Source: Demequinaceae bacterium (GTDB lineage: Bacteria > Actinomycetota > Actinomycetes > Actinomycetales > Demequinaceae). From it: a stretch of 32,000 bases of DNA. The stretch is from assembly GCA_965250005.1 (NCBI GenBank), contig OZ252279.1, positions 690,001-722,000 of the forward strand, written 5' to 3'. The stretch's first letter is position 1. Each line of letters begins with the position of its first letter. Under the pieces are notes generated by a model that did not search any database, was not told the DNA's origin, and saw only the letters and a list, made by a program, of their open reading frames with translations. The translations under genes were made by a program, and so were the position numbers. Positions 1 to 8,313 of the stretch are shown in pieces.

Positions 1-2448
1 TTCGGACGTGGCCGTCAACGTGCCGTTCTCGTACACGTCGATGCGGTACTCGCCTCGCTCGAGAACGCCCACAGGGTAGCGGCTCACGATGTTTCGGTCG
101 CACACCGTCCACAGGCTGCCGAACGTCGGGTTCTCCATGATTGCCCACGTGCCATCTGCTGAAGGCCGGTAGTACCAAACCAGACAAGCGTTCTGGTTGT
201 CCGGCACCACCCCGGCTAGATCCACGACTCCGACGGACGACTCCCACGGCTCGATCGAGTACGCGGGTTGGAGATCTACTTCAGCGAAACTACGGGCGCC
301 GCCAACGATGAGGCTTCGAAGGGGGTCGGTGAGGTCAAAATCTGGCAGGCGCTCGAGGTCATTCAACGCGTTCATGCGGACCCACACCCGCAGTGTTTCG
401 GAGTCGAACGCGGCCGCCTCGCAAAGCCCGCTACTCTCGACTCCATCGAGGCTCAGCAAAGCGTGCCCGTACCTGTCTGCGGCAAGGTCAGCGTCGCCGC
501 GCACCGCCGCTGCAAACGCCCAGTTGAAGCAAAAGTACGGGTTCGCCGGATCCGCGGCGAGCGCCTCCTCCGTCAGCTGTTCGCCTCGGGAAGCGAGCGG
601 TCGGTCGTCGTTGAGGATTGACAGCGCAATCATGAGCCACCCGAGATCGGACTTCGCGACCGGGTCCTCGCTGCGAAGTTCAAGAACCGCGCGCTCCAGC
701 GACCCAATCGAGGCCTCAATCTGACTCGGCGTCCAAGACGAGCTCCACGCGACGCTCGATTCCTCGCACAGCAGCGCATCGACCATGCGGACGTGGGCCG
801 GCGCGAAAAGCGGAAGGCTGCGAGTCGCCGCAAGGGATAGCGCCTCCTTCTCGTCACACCCCTCAGCCACATTGGCGGCGACGTACGCCAGCGAGCCATT
901 CACCAATTGATCCTGGGTGGGTGGGGCCGGGTATTGCGAAATGGCCCAGGTCGAAACCGCAATCCCGAACACCAGTCCGGTGGCAGCGGCGGCCATCAAC
1001 CAGCGTCGCCGTACCTGGTGCCCGCGCGGACTAGCAACGGCGAAAAGGAACCCGGCGAGACCGAAAATGACCACCGCAGTCTGAAGTTTCGCGCCAACGT
1101 CGCCCACGGCAAGCGCGGACTGGAGTGTCACCGAGGCCTGTGTCGAGCAAACGGAGCCCGCCGTTGCCGACAGGGCAACAAGCCGTGGCGCGAGATCCGG
1201 CATGCGCTCGCGATAGTCGGCGGCAACGCCCTCGAGGTACGAGTCGCCGCCTAGTCCCGCTCGCTTCCACGGAAGTAGCAGCTCGTCGCGGTTGATGCAG
1301 CCAAGATCACTACCGGCGGCGGATGGAGCCCCGGTTCCGAAGCGATCGAGTGCGACCTCCCATGACCTCTCAATCGCGGGCCAGGCGCTTCCCACGAGGG
1401 CTGCGCGCGCGGCAGAGTCCCCTGTGGTCTGCTCCGCAGCGTCCAGCCGGTCGAGCTCGAGCGCGCCGTCCAACGTCGCGAAGGCGACGTCAAGCCCGAG
1501 ACTTTGCGCGTTGATGGCCTCAGTACTCAGCGTGTCCGCCTCGGCCGTCAGAACGCGCTCCGCGCTCGCGGTGTAGGCAGAGCCGAGTACGGCAAACGTG
1601 AGCAGCAGGACCGTGATGGAGCCAAGGACTTCAGCCCACCAACGGATCGAGTGGCCCGCCCTGAGCCTGCGGATCTTCGCCCACAGTGAGGCGCGCTTGA
1701 CCGCCCACGCAAGCGCAACGAGCAATCCCGCAACCAGGACTAGGATTCCGAGCGCCTCCACCAGGCCACGGCCCGCGGCAACACCCGCGGCAACAATCAG
1801 ACCAAATCCCACACTGGCAAGCACAACCGCCGCCTGCACCCAGCGCCATGCGCGGCGCGGCGATCGAACGTTCTCCGCGAACGTGAGCCCCACCAGCGCC
1901 ATCGCCGCAATGGCGGCGGAAACCACAGCGAGGAGCTCTCCTCGGTCCATTCGAGTGGCTTGGTCGAGCAGTTGGACGTAACTGGGGACGCCCTTGCCGC
2001 CGGTGGCGAAGAACGTCTCGATCGCGATTGCCTCCGCGACTGTCGCCTCAGTCGCGCCCGCGCACGAGGAGGGCATGATGACGAAGTGCAACCGGATTGC
2101 ACTCAGCGCTTGGGCTACGTCTCTGACCGCGACCCGCGCAACCTCGTCACCGTAGAAGCGATTGTCTGCGATCGCGTCTGCGCGGCGAGCGAGGGCAACG
2201 TCGCAGGCGGCGGTGGTCTCGACGTCGTGCGCCAGTTGCGCGCGAATCGCGGCCTCGACGCGCGAATGGTCCGCCTGGGCGATGCGCGCCTGGTTGGTGG
2301 AGTCCGCAGACAGCTGCGAGTACTCGGTTGATTGCCAGAAGGCGACTGCACTGAGGCTCGCGCTCACCACCAGCAGGATGGCGATCGTCCATGGCAGGAC
2401 GGGGCGCTCGCGCTGCAGTTTGGGCGGCTTTGCTACCTTGGCTGCCAC
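1..2448 (-). CDS. large uncharacterised polytopic membrane protein; 3' end lies beyond the window edge (816 codons visible)
   Basis: Missing from the ORF track because it has no stop inside the window. Hand translation of the minus frame starts at GTG 2448-2446, preceded by AGAGGGAG (2460-2453). An in-frame TGA lies upstream at 2517-2515 with no other start codon between, and there is no stop down to base 1. Third positions are G/C-rich. The product begins VAAKVAKPPKLQRERPVLPWTIAILLVVSASL and has several long hydrophobic runs (LLAVVSAAIAAMALVGL, VVLASVGFGLIVAAGVAAG, ILVLVAGLLVALAWAV, VVIFGLAGFLFAVAS). The listed ORFs at 197-2566 are short Arg/Ser/Ala-rich off-frame products. Confidence 0.7.
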   Translation of the reverse strand, partial: MAAKVAKPPKLQRERPVLPWTIAILLVVSASLSAVAFWQSTEYSQLSADSTNQARIAQADHSRVEAAIRAQLAHDVETTAACDVALARRADAIADNRFYGDEVARVAVRDVAQALSAIRLHFVIMPSSCAGATEATVAEAIAIETFFATGGKGVPSYVQLLDQATRMDRGELLAVVSAAIAAMALVGLTFAENVRSPRRAWRWVQAAVVLASVGFGLIVAAGVAAGRGLVEALGILVLVAGLLVALAWAVKRASLWAKIRRLRAGHSIRWWAEVLGSITVLLLTFAVLGSAYTASAERVLTAEADTLSTEAINAQSLGLDVAFATLDGALELDRLDAAEQTTGDSAARAALVGSAWPAIERSWEVALDRFGTGAPSAAGSDLGCINRDELLLPWKRAGLGGDSYLEGVAADYRERMPDLAPRLVALSATAGSVCSTQASVTLQSALAVGDVGAKLQTAVVIFGLAGFLFAVASPRGHQVRRRWLMAAAATGLVFGIAVSTWAISQYPAPPTQDQLVNGSLAYVAANVAEGCDEKEALSLAATRSLPLFAPAHVRMVDALLCEESSVAWSSSWTPSQIEASIGSLERAVLELRSEDPVAKSDLGWLMIALSILNDDRPLASRGEQLTEEALAADPANPYFCFNWAFAAAVRGDADLAADRYGHALLSLDGVESSGLCEAAAFDSETLRVWVRMNALNDLERLPDFDLTDPLRSLIVGGARSFAEVDLQPAYSIEPWESSVGVVDLAGVVPDNQNACLVWYYRPSADGTWAIMENPTFGSLWTVCDRNIVSRYPVGVLERGEYRIDVYENGTLTATSE

Positions 2449-2562
2449 ATCGCTCCCTCTGGACGCGACCCGCTCGCGTCCTTGCCTGTATCTTTTCGCA
2501 GCGCAGGTTGCTCGTCAAAGGCGCGGCTCTGCCCGCGCCGCCATCTGGTCGCCCGCGACCCG

Positions 2563-3630
2563 CTAGACCGCCTCGTCGGGCCGCCCGTCAAAGTAGTAGC
2601 GGTGCAGCCCTACTTGGTCAACGCGATTCGCGTCCCCGATGTAGTAGTCGTTCGTTACAACAAAGTCGTCGTGGCAGGGAGTGCCGAAGGGGCCGAGCCG
2701 GTCGTGCTGGATCCACGTGTCCGCGGAGATGTCGTGCACCAAGAGTCGCGCTTGCCACGTGGCAATGGGGCCAGCATTGAATTCGTACCCCTCGTAGATC
2801 GCGATCCCGGCGCTCGGGTCGACCCGCATGCAGTAGTACTCCATGGCGCCCAGGCTCGGGTTGATGCCGCTCGCGACCGCGGGCCCGCCGGAGTCCCTGA
2901 AGAAGACGCCGTTGAGCGGCGCCGCGTAGCCAAGTCCGTACCAGACCTGCCGCCCGCTTGAAAGCGTGGAGTCGTGGACGACAAACCAGCCCTCCTGGTT
3001 TGTGATGGGCGCGACGTTCGAGAATCCGGTGTTGCTCCAGGACTCCGACGCCGTGCCCGCGACCAGGCTGAACTCGACGACCTGCGCCTCCTCCCAGAAC
3101 AGCCGCTGAATCCACACGAGCCGCTCGTCGAGAGCCTTCTCGGAAATCGTGAGGGTGACGTCTGTGCGGAGCGAATACAGCTTCAGCCAGGTGCCGTCGG
3201 GCGCGACCAGGTAGATCGCCTGGTGGAGGTGCGGGGGCTCGACTGGGTCAAACCCGCCCACGTACGCGGGGTTGTCGTTCCGCCAAATTTCGACGTCCCA
3301 GCCGGAATCGACAAGGTCCCAAACCCAAATCTCGAATTGCAGTGCGGCAGGCTCGCCGGGCTGCGGGCTCGCAACGGCTGGCGGCCGATCCGCGGGGGGA
3401 ACGTCCGACCAGTTTTCAACCACGCCCGTCGTTTCGGCCGGACTTGGCCCGCCGGTGACGCTGACCGTTGGGGTCGCCGTCTCGCTCTCCGTCGGTTCGG
3501 GCGAAGAACTGGACCCCAAACTCGCGACGAGCGCGTAGATGAGGAGCAAAATTATCGCAATCACCAGGGCAATAATGGCCCAAAGGATGTTGCTGATACC
3601 CGTGTCGCTGTCCTGGCCGCGCAAACGCAT
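2563..3630 (-). CDS. uncharacterised N-terminally membrane-anchored protein (355 aa)
   Basis: This is ORF 2563..3753 trimmed to the internal ATG at 3630, which is preceded by GGGAGG 6 nt upstream. The upstream 41 codons overlap the RNase P RNA. Product: MRLRGQDSDTGISNILWAIIALVIAIILLLIYALVASL (one TM helix), a Ser/Pro/Thr/Glu linker, then a Trp/Tyr-rich globular part. I recognise no family. Confidence 0.7.
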   Translation of the reverse strand: MRLRGQDSDTGISNILWAIIALVIAIILLLIYALVASLGSSSSPEPTESETATPTVSVTGGPSPAETTGVVENWSDVPPADRPPAVASPQPGEPAALQFEIWVWDLVDSGWDVEIWRNDNPAYVGGFDPVEPPHLHQAIYLVAPDGTWLKLYSLRTDVTLTISEKALDERLVWIQRLFWEEAQVVEFSLVAGTASESWSNTGFSNVAPITNQEGWFVVHDSTLSSGRQVWYGLGYAAPLNGVFFRDSGGPAVASGINPSLGAMEYYCMRVDPSAGIAIYEGYEFNAGPIATWQARLLVHDISADTWIQHDRLGPFGTPCHDDFVVTNDYYIGDANRVDQVGLHRYYFDGRPDEAV

Positions 3631-3689
3631 GGTGACCTCCCAGTCCGCCCTGGGACCAGTCAACCAGGCCGGGACCGATCCTGCGAGCC

Positions 3690-4066
3690 GGAGCGTGAAT
3701 GAGTCGGCCGATACGCCGGGTTCTGTCCCACCGAAGTGGGGACGGCCATCCATCTACGACGTACATTGCTGCACGCCTCTAGCAACCTACCCAGATACTC
3801 GGGCGAGCAGCCCTCAAACGCATCCTGTCTGGTCTTGCTCCGAGCGGGGTTTACCTAGCCGCTCCAGTCACCTGGTGCGCTGGTGAGCTCTTACCTCACC
3901 GTTTCAGCCTTACCGCCCGCCTAAGCGGGAGGCGGTCTACTCTCTGTTGCACTTTCCCGCGGGTCACCCCGGGTGGTCGTTAGCCACCACTCTGCTCTAC
4001 GGAGCCCGGACGTTCCTCGGTGCCGGTTACCCGGCAACGCGACCGCCTGGCCAACTCATCCACGCC
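3690..4066 (-). ncRNA. rnpB: RNase P RNA (bacterial type A), ends +/- about 5 nt
   Basis: The minus strand reads ...GCGTGGATGAGTTGGCCAGGCGGTCGCGTTGCCGGGTAACCGGCACCGAGGAACGTCCGGGCTCCGTAGAGCAG..., which contains the universal P4 GAGGAA(A/C)GUCCGGGCUCC block. It also has GGCTGAAACGGTGAGGTAAGAGCTCACCAG and the 3' block GGGACAGAACCCGGCGTATCGGCCGACTCATTCACGC. The 5' GCGTGGATGAGTTGGCC pairs with the 3' GGCCGACTCATTCACGC to form P1. Confidence 0.88.
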
Positions 4067-4086
4067 CCCAGCATAGGCTGTGGCGC

Positions 4087-4863
4087 GTGCTCCTGCTCCT
4101 GCCGCCCTCCGAGGGCAAGACCCCTCCCGCAAGCGGCGCACCCCTCGATCTAGCCGCGCTGTCGCACCCGGAGCTCGAGGACGGACGACACCGCATCGCC
4201 GACGCCCTGGTCAAAGTGAGCGCGCAAGCGAATGCGATGAAGGTGCTCGAGCTGGGTGCTTCGCTGGCGGTCGAACTCGAGCGCAACCTGTCGCTCTCGA
4301 CCGCGCCAACGGCCCCAGCAGCGCAGGTCTACACCGGCGTGCTCTACGACGCGGCGGGGGCTCACGGCTGGACCGGAGCGACCCTTAACCGAGCGGCCGA
4401 GCGCATCCGCATAGTCTCCGCACTCTTTGGCGCAATATCCCCCGCCGATCACATCCCCGCTTACCGACTCTCGATGGGCACCACTCTTGGCCGGCTCGGG
4501 ACCATGGCCAGCTTCTGGCGCCCGCGCCTGGCCGCCCCGCTCGAGGCGCTCGCGAACGGCGGGCTCGTCGTGGACTGCCGCAGCTCCGACTATGTGCCCG
4601 CATGGCGCCCACCCGCCGGAATTCCGTGGGTGACGGTGAAGGTGTTGCGCGAGTTGGACGGCAAACGCGCCGTGGTGAGTCACATGGCCAAGCACACCCG
4701 CGGACTGCTTGCTTCGGAACTTGTGAGCCTCGCGACCCCGCCCGCGCTCGCGGCGGACATCGCTGACGTCGCACGCGACATGATCGGCGACTCACTGATT
4801 GACATCGCTGTCACTGCGGCGGCGAAGGGGCCGGCCGAGCTCACCCTCGTAGTCGCTGGCTAG
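4087..4863 (+). CDS. yaaA: YaaA/UPF0246 (DUF328) peroxide-stress family protein
   Basis: ORF 3973..4863 trimmed to GTG 4087, the first start codon downstream of the RNase P RNA 5' end. The product begins (V)LLLLPPSEGK, the family N-terminus. Later it has QVYTGVLYDA and HIPAYRLSMG motifs. Length is 258 aa. Confidence 0.82.
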   Translation: MLLLLPPSEGKTPPASGAPLDLAALSHPELEDGRHRIADALVKVSAQANAMKVLELGASLAVELERNLSLSTAPTAPAAQVYTGVLYDAAGAHGWTGATLNRAAERIRIVSALFGAISPADHIPAYRLSMGTTLGRLGTMASFWRPRLAAPLEALANGGLVVDCRSSDYVPAWRPPAGIPWVTVKVLRELDGKRAVVSHMAKHTRGLLASELVSLATPPALAADIADVARDMIGDSLIDIAVTAAAKGPAELTLVVAG

Positions 4864-5417
4864 TCGTCGGCATCGTCGCGCTCGAGGACCAGCGTGATGT
4901 TCCGAGTTTTGAGCGCGACGTTCATCTGGTCCACCCACTCCGCCGGAACGCTCCCGTGGAGCGGGATGCGAGCCACGGTGCCCTCGGCGGCCAGCGTCAC
5001 CCGCGGATCCCCGGGGCTACCGTGCCTCGCGCGGCCCTCCTGCGTAACACTCACGGGCGAGCCGATGGCGAATTCCTGCGGGCGCTTGAGCCACTTTTCT
5101 TGGAAAAGCAACGGCCTCTCGATCGATCCCGTGGGCATCAGGATCAGCAGCGCACGCTTGTTGCGGACCACGTTGGCGATCTCGAGCACAAGCAGCGGCA
5201 GCCCCAGTGCGCCGAGCACCCAGACGACGATCCTGGTCCACGTCCACGTCCACGTCCACGTCCACGTCCACGGGATGAAGCCGTCCCAGCCGGTCCCGGG
5301 GGCACCGGCGAGCAATAACGCGCCGAGCGGCGGCATCAGCCGTCTCCACACGCGCACGATGACCGCGCCCCACGGTTCACGCCACAGCACCAACGGATCC
5401 ATCCAGGCGGTAGACAC
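4860..5417 (-). CDS. uncharacterised membrane protein carrying a (Trp-Thr)6 repeat
   Basis: ORF 4860..5471 trimmed to GTG 5417, with AGGAGG 6 nt upstream. There are hydrophobic segments on both sides of WTWTWTWTWTWT and an acidic C-terminus ...LERDDADD. It converges on yaaA with overlapping stops (CTAG at 4860-4863). Confidence 0.6.
   Translation of the reverse strand: MSTAWMDPLVLWREPWGAVIVRVWRRLMPPLGALLLAGAPGTGWDGFIPWTWTWTWTWTWTRIVVWVLGALGLPLLVLEIANVVRNKRALLILMPTGSIERPLLFQEKWLKRPQEFAIGSPVSVTQEGRARHGSPGDPRVTLAAEGTVARIPLHGSVPAEWVDQMNVALKTRNITLVLERDDADD
5236..5271. repeat. perfect hexanucleotide tandem repeat (GTCCAC)x6
   Basis: Read directly: gtccac repeated six times at 5236-5271. It is in frame and encodes (WT)6 on the minus strand. 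Confidence 0.97.
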
Positions 5418-5427
5418 GGCGGGCCTC

Positions 5428-6210
5428 CTATTCGACCGAATGGCCGAGGCACAGCAGGTGTCGCTGCGCAATTTCGCCCTCGGTGGTAATCCGTAGTTGC
5501 AGGATAGAGACTGAGGCGGGCTGAGGCCAGATACTGCCCCAGACCGACGGGTCCATCTTCATCGACATCGCCACAGCAGACTTGATGGCAACCGCGTGAC
5601 TTGCGAGCGCGTACGAGCGCGGAACGTCTTCACCCGCGCGGCAGGCGTTCGCGTGCTCGCGGGCGAGTTCCACCATGAGGCCGTCTAGCCGCTCGCCAAC
5701 GTCAGGAATGGACTCGCCGCCGGGAGCCGGGATCGCGCCCGCCTGCCACCTGTGGATGGCGTCGCCAAACTCGCGCGCGATGTGGTCGCCAGTGAGCCCG
5801 TCCCACTCGCCAAAGTCGATCTCCTTAAGTCTGTGGTCCGTCTCAACCTTGAGCCCGAGCCTGCGCCCCAGCGCCTCACCCGTGTCTTGCGCACGCGTCA
5901 TGGGAGACGCGATCACGCGGTCCACCTTGGGCACAAACATCCAGGCCTCGCGGCCGATGCGGTACACGGCATCCGCGGCCTTCGCCGCCTGCACTTTTCC
6001 CGCTGCATTGAGGTGAGGCCCGGGCTCTGACGAGCCCGAGAGCACGTGCGTCACGGTGTGGTCTGTGACGCCATGCCGGACGAACACCAGCGTGAGCGGG
6101 CTCACTAACTCAACTCCGGCCACCGTGAACAGCGACGAGCCTCGCGTGGCCTTGGTTTCGCGGGGAGTGTCATCGTTCATGCCCTCTTCTTCAACGTCGA
6201 TATCGCTCAT
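5428..6210 (-). CDS. histidine phosphatase family protein (phosphoglycerate mutase / CobC-like)
   Basis: ORF 5428..6363 trimmed to ATG 6210 (MSDIDVEEEG...), which starts 14 nt after the RNase H stop. It has the RHG catalytic motif in LVFVRHGVTDHT, then EIDFGEWDGLTG. It occupies the position of the C-terminal half of Rv2228c-type fusions. Confidence 0.8.
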   Translation of the reverse strand: MSDIDVEEEGMNDDTPRETKATRGSSLFTVAGVELVSPLTLVFVRHGVTDHTVTHVLSGSSEPGPHLNAAGKVQAAKAADAVYRIGREAWMFVPKVDRVIASPMTRAQDTGEALGRRLGLKVETDHRLKEIDFGEWDGLTGDHIAREFGDAIHRWQAGAIPAPGGESIPDVGERLDGLMVELAREHANACRAGEDVPRSYALASHAVAIKSAVAMSMKMDPSVWGSIWPQPASVSILQLRITTEGEIAQRHLLCLGHSVE

Positions 6211-6224
6211 GCGTGGTGCGCGCT

Positions 6225-6710
6225 CTAGAACAGCGCGTTCCCGTTCCCTTCGTCTTCGACAACGTCGTCGGCGCCGTGACCACGCCTGATCGCGGGAAGG
6301 CGTGTGTCCATGGCCTCGTTCGCCAGCGCGTCGGCCTCGGAATTCTTGGCCCGCGGCTGCCACGAGAAGTCCACCTTGGCGCCAGACATGAGTTCACGCG
6401 CCTCAGCAGCAAGCGCTTTCATGTCCGGATGCTTGATTTTCCACACGCCATTCATTTGCTGCACGATCAAGTTCGAGTCCAGGCGCACATCGAGCGCGGC
6501 GGCGGGATCGATCGCGCGGGCGGCGCGCAGGCCCTCGATCATGCCCCGGTATTCCGCGACGTTGTTGGTTGCCACCCCCATGAAGCCCGCCCGCTCGGCG
6601 AGCACCATTCCCGTCTCCGGATCCGTGACCAACGCGCCGTAGCCCGCCGGGCCAGGGTTGCCGCGGGAGCCGCCGTCGGCCTGGACAATCAGTGTGCGCG
6701 CTGCGCTCAC
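6225..6710 (-). CDS. rnhA: ribonuclease H (RNase HI family)
   Basis: ORF 6225..6749 trimmed to GTG 6710. This start overlaps the upstream gene's TGA (GTGA at 6710-6707). Product: LIVQADGGSRGNPGPAGYGALV..., NNVAEYRGMIEGL, NSEADALAN. Confidence 0.85.
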   Translation of the reverse strand: MSAARTLIVQADGGSRGNPGPAGYGALVTDPETGMVLAERAGFMGVATNNVAEYRGMIEGLRAARAIDPAAALDVRLDSNLIVQQMNGVWKIKHPDMKALAAEARELMSGAKVDFSWQPRAKNSEADALANEAMDTRLPAIRRGHGADDVVEDEGNGNALF

Positions 6711-7441
6711 GCGGCGTTCCTCACCAGGATGCGACCGCACTCTTCGCAACGGATTACTTCATCCGGGTCAGCATTCTCGATCGCCACCAGCTCGGCGGAA
6801 TTAACGTTCATGTGGCAGCCCTGGCAGGTTCCCGCCTGAAGCGGTGCGGCGCCCACTCCCCCGTGTCCCGCGCGCAACTTCTCATACATCGCAACCAAGT
6901 CCGCGTCGAGCCCGGTGACAACCCCCTCGCGCGCTGCTCCGATCATGGTGAGCTCGGCGTCGATCTCTGCGAACGCGGCTTCGCGCTCGCCGATGGCCTT
7001 GGCGATGTCGGCGTCGGTTTGGGCGAGGCCTGCCTCCGCCTTGGTCAGAGCCAACTCCGCGGCCTCGAGCCGCTCCATGGCCTCGAGCTCTATGTCCTCA
7101 AGGTCGGATTGTCGCTTGGCCAGCAACTCAAGCTCACTTTGCAGCGCGACGAGTTCCTTGGACAGCATGTCCCCGCTATTGAGCTTGACGGTGTCTCGCT
7201 CGGCGCGCTCGCGAACCGACCGGACGTCGTCCTCAGCCTTGTTCACTTCACGGCGGATGTCGCTCGCGCCGGTCGTGTGCGCCAGGATTTCCGCGTTCAG
7301 TTCGCGGGCGCGCGCGTCGAGACCTGCGAGCGTTTCCAGGATGGGGTGGTTGCCGCGTCGATGCTGCGCCTGCTGCGCCTGCGTATCGAGGTCCTGGGCG
7401 CGCAGCAGGGCCTGTTGATCGGCGGCGGGGGCGGTAGCCAC
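6707..7441 (-). CDS. zinc-ribbon / coiled-coil protein (DUF164, Rv2229c-like)
   Basis: GTG start at 7441 with AAGGAG 9 nt upstream. A long Glu/Ala/Leu coiled-coil region is followed by CQGCHMNV...CEECGRIL (C4 zinc ribbon). Confidence 0.85.
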   Translation of the reverse strand: MATAPAADQQALLRAQDLDTQAQQAQHRRGNHPILETLAGLDARARELNAEILAHTTGASDIRREVNKAEDDVRSVRERAERDTVKLNSGDMLSKELVALQSELELLAKRQSDLEDIELEAMERLEAAELALTKAEAGLAQTDADIAKAIGEREAAFAEIDAELTMIGAAREGVVTGLDADLVAMYEKLRAGHGGVGAAPLQAGTCQGCHMNVNSAELVAIENADPDEVIRCEECGRILVRNAA

Positions 7442-7473
7442 GGGGGGGTTCTCCTTGTTTCAGTTTGAAAGGC

Positions 7474-8304
7474 TTAGGTTACGCTTCCGGCGCCGAAGCG
7501 CGCCGTCCACGGGTCGGTCGTGATGGTGCTGACGTGGGTCTGCACTCCCGTGGCCTCGGCGACATGGGCGGCGGCAGCATCGAGCCACGCCCATTCGGAA
7601 GCAAAGTGACTGACGTCAACGAGTGCTGGCCGGCCATCCCCCATCTCCGCGACTTCGCGCGCCTCGGACGCCGGGTGGTGACGCAGATCCGCCGTGACGT
7701 ACGCGTCAACATTCGCGGCGCGGACCGCGTCAAAGAGCGAGTCGCCGGACCCGCCGAGGACGGCGACTGTCCGGATGGTGGCTTGGAGGTCTCCTGCGAC
7801 ACGGACTCCGTGCTCGGTGCGCGGAAGCGCGGCTGCCACGCGCTGCGCGAAGTCGCGAAGGGACAGCGGCTGATCGAGCGTCCCGACCCGCCCGAGCCCC
7901 AGAGCGGGGTCCGTGACGTCCGGAACGAGCGCAGAGGTCTCCTTCACTCCAAGCGCGGTAGCGAGGGCCTCAGCGACGCCGCCAGCTGCGGCATCGGCGT
8001 TCGTATGAGCGGTGTACAAAGCGCAGCCTGCGGTGATCAGCGCGTGCACCACCGACCCCTTGGCGGTATTGGCCGCAACCGAGGTTACGCCGCGCATCAT
8101 CAGCGGGTGGTGAGAGACGATCATCTGGGCGCCCGAGCCGATGGCCTCCTGCGCGACCGCCTGGGTGGGGTCGACGGCAAAGAGCACGCGCGTGACCTCG
8201 GCGGACGGGTCCCCTACCGACAGCCCGACTGCGTCCCACTCCTGCGCGAGACTGGGGGGGAAGAGCCCGTCCAGTACCTGTGCCACGTCCCGGATCGTTG
8301 TCAT
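7474..8304 (-). CDS. Nif3-like dinuclear metal centre protein (YbgI / GTP cyclohydrolase 1 type 2 family)
   Basis: MTTIRDVAQVLDGLFPPSLAQEWDAVGLSVGD, IVSHHPL, YTAHTNAD, and a C-terminal ...DVSHFASEW. It has the same position as Rv2230c. Confidence 0.9.
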   Translation of the reverse strand: MTTIRDVAQVLDGLFPPSLAQEWDAVGLSVGDPSAEVTRVLFAVDPTQAVAQEAIGSGAQMIVSHHPLMMRGVTSVAANTAKGSVVHALITAGCALYTAHTNADAAAGGVAEALATALGVKETSALVPDVTDPALGLGRVGTLDQPLSLRDFAQRVAAALPRTEHGVRVAGDLQATIRTVAVLGGSGDSLFDAVRAANVDAYVTADLRHHPASEAREVAEMGDGRPALVDVSHFASEWAWLDAAAAHVAEATGVQTHVSTITTDPWTARFGAGSVT

Positions 8305-8313
8305 GACTCCACG

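Noticed and set aside
197-2566. About 20 short ORFs on both strands in the first 2.5 kb.
   Set aside because: All are off-frame relative to the single long minus-strand frame (2448 to <1), which has no stop. Their compositions are Arg/Ser/Ala/Pro-rich, as expected for wrong frames.
5236-5271. Tandem repeats here and at 24241-24267, checked as possible CRISPR arrays.
   Set aside because: The units are 6 and 9 bp, directly abutting with no spacers, and lie inside CDSs. No repeat-spacer array was seen anywhere in the window.
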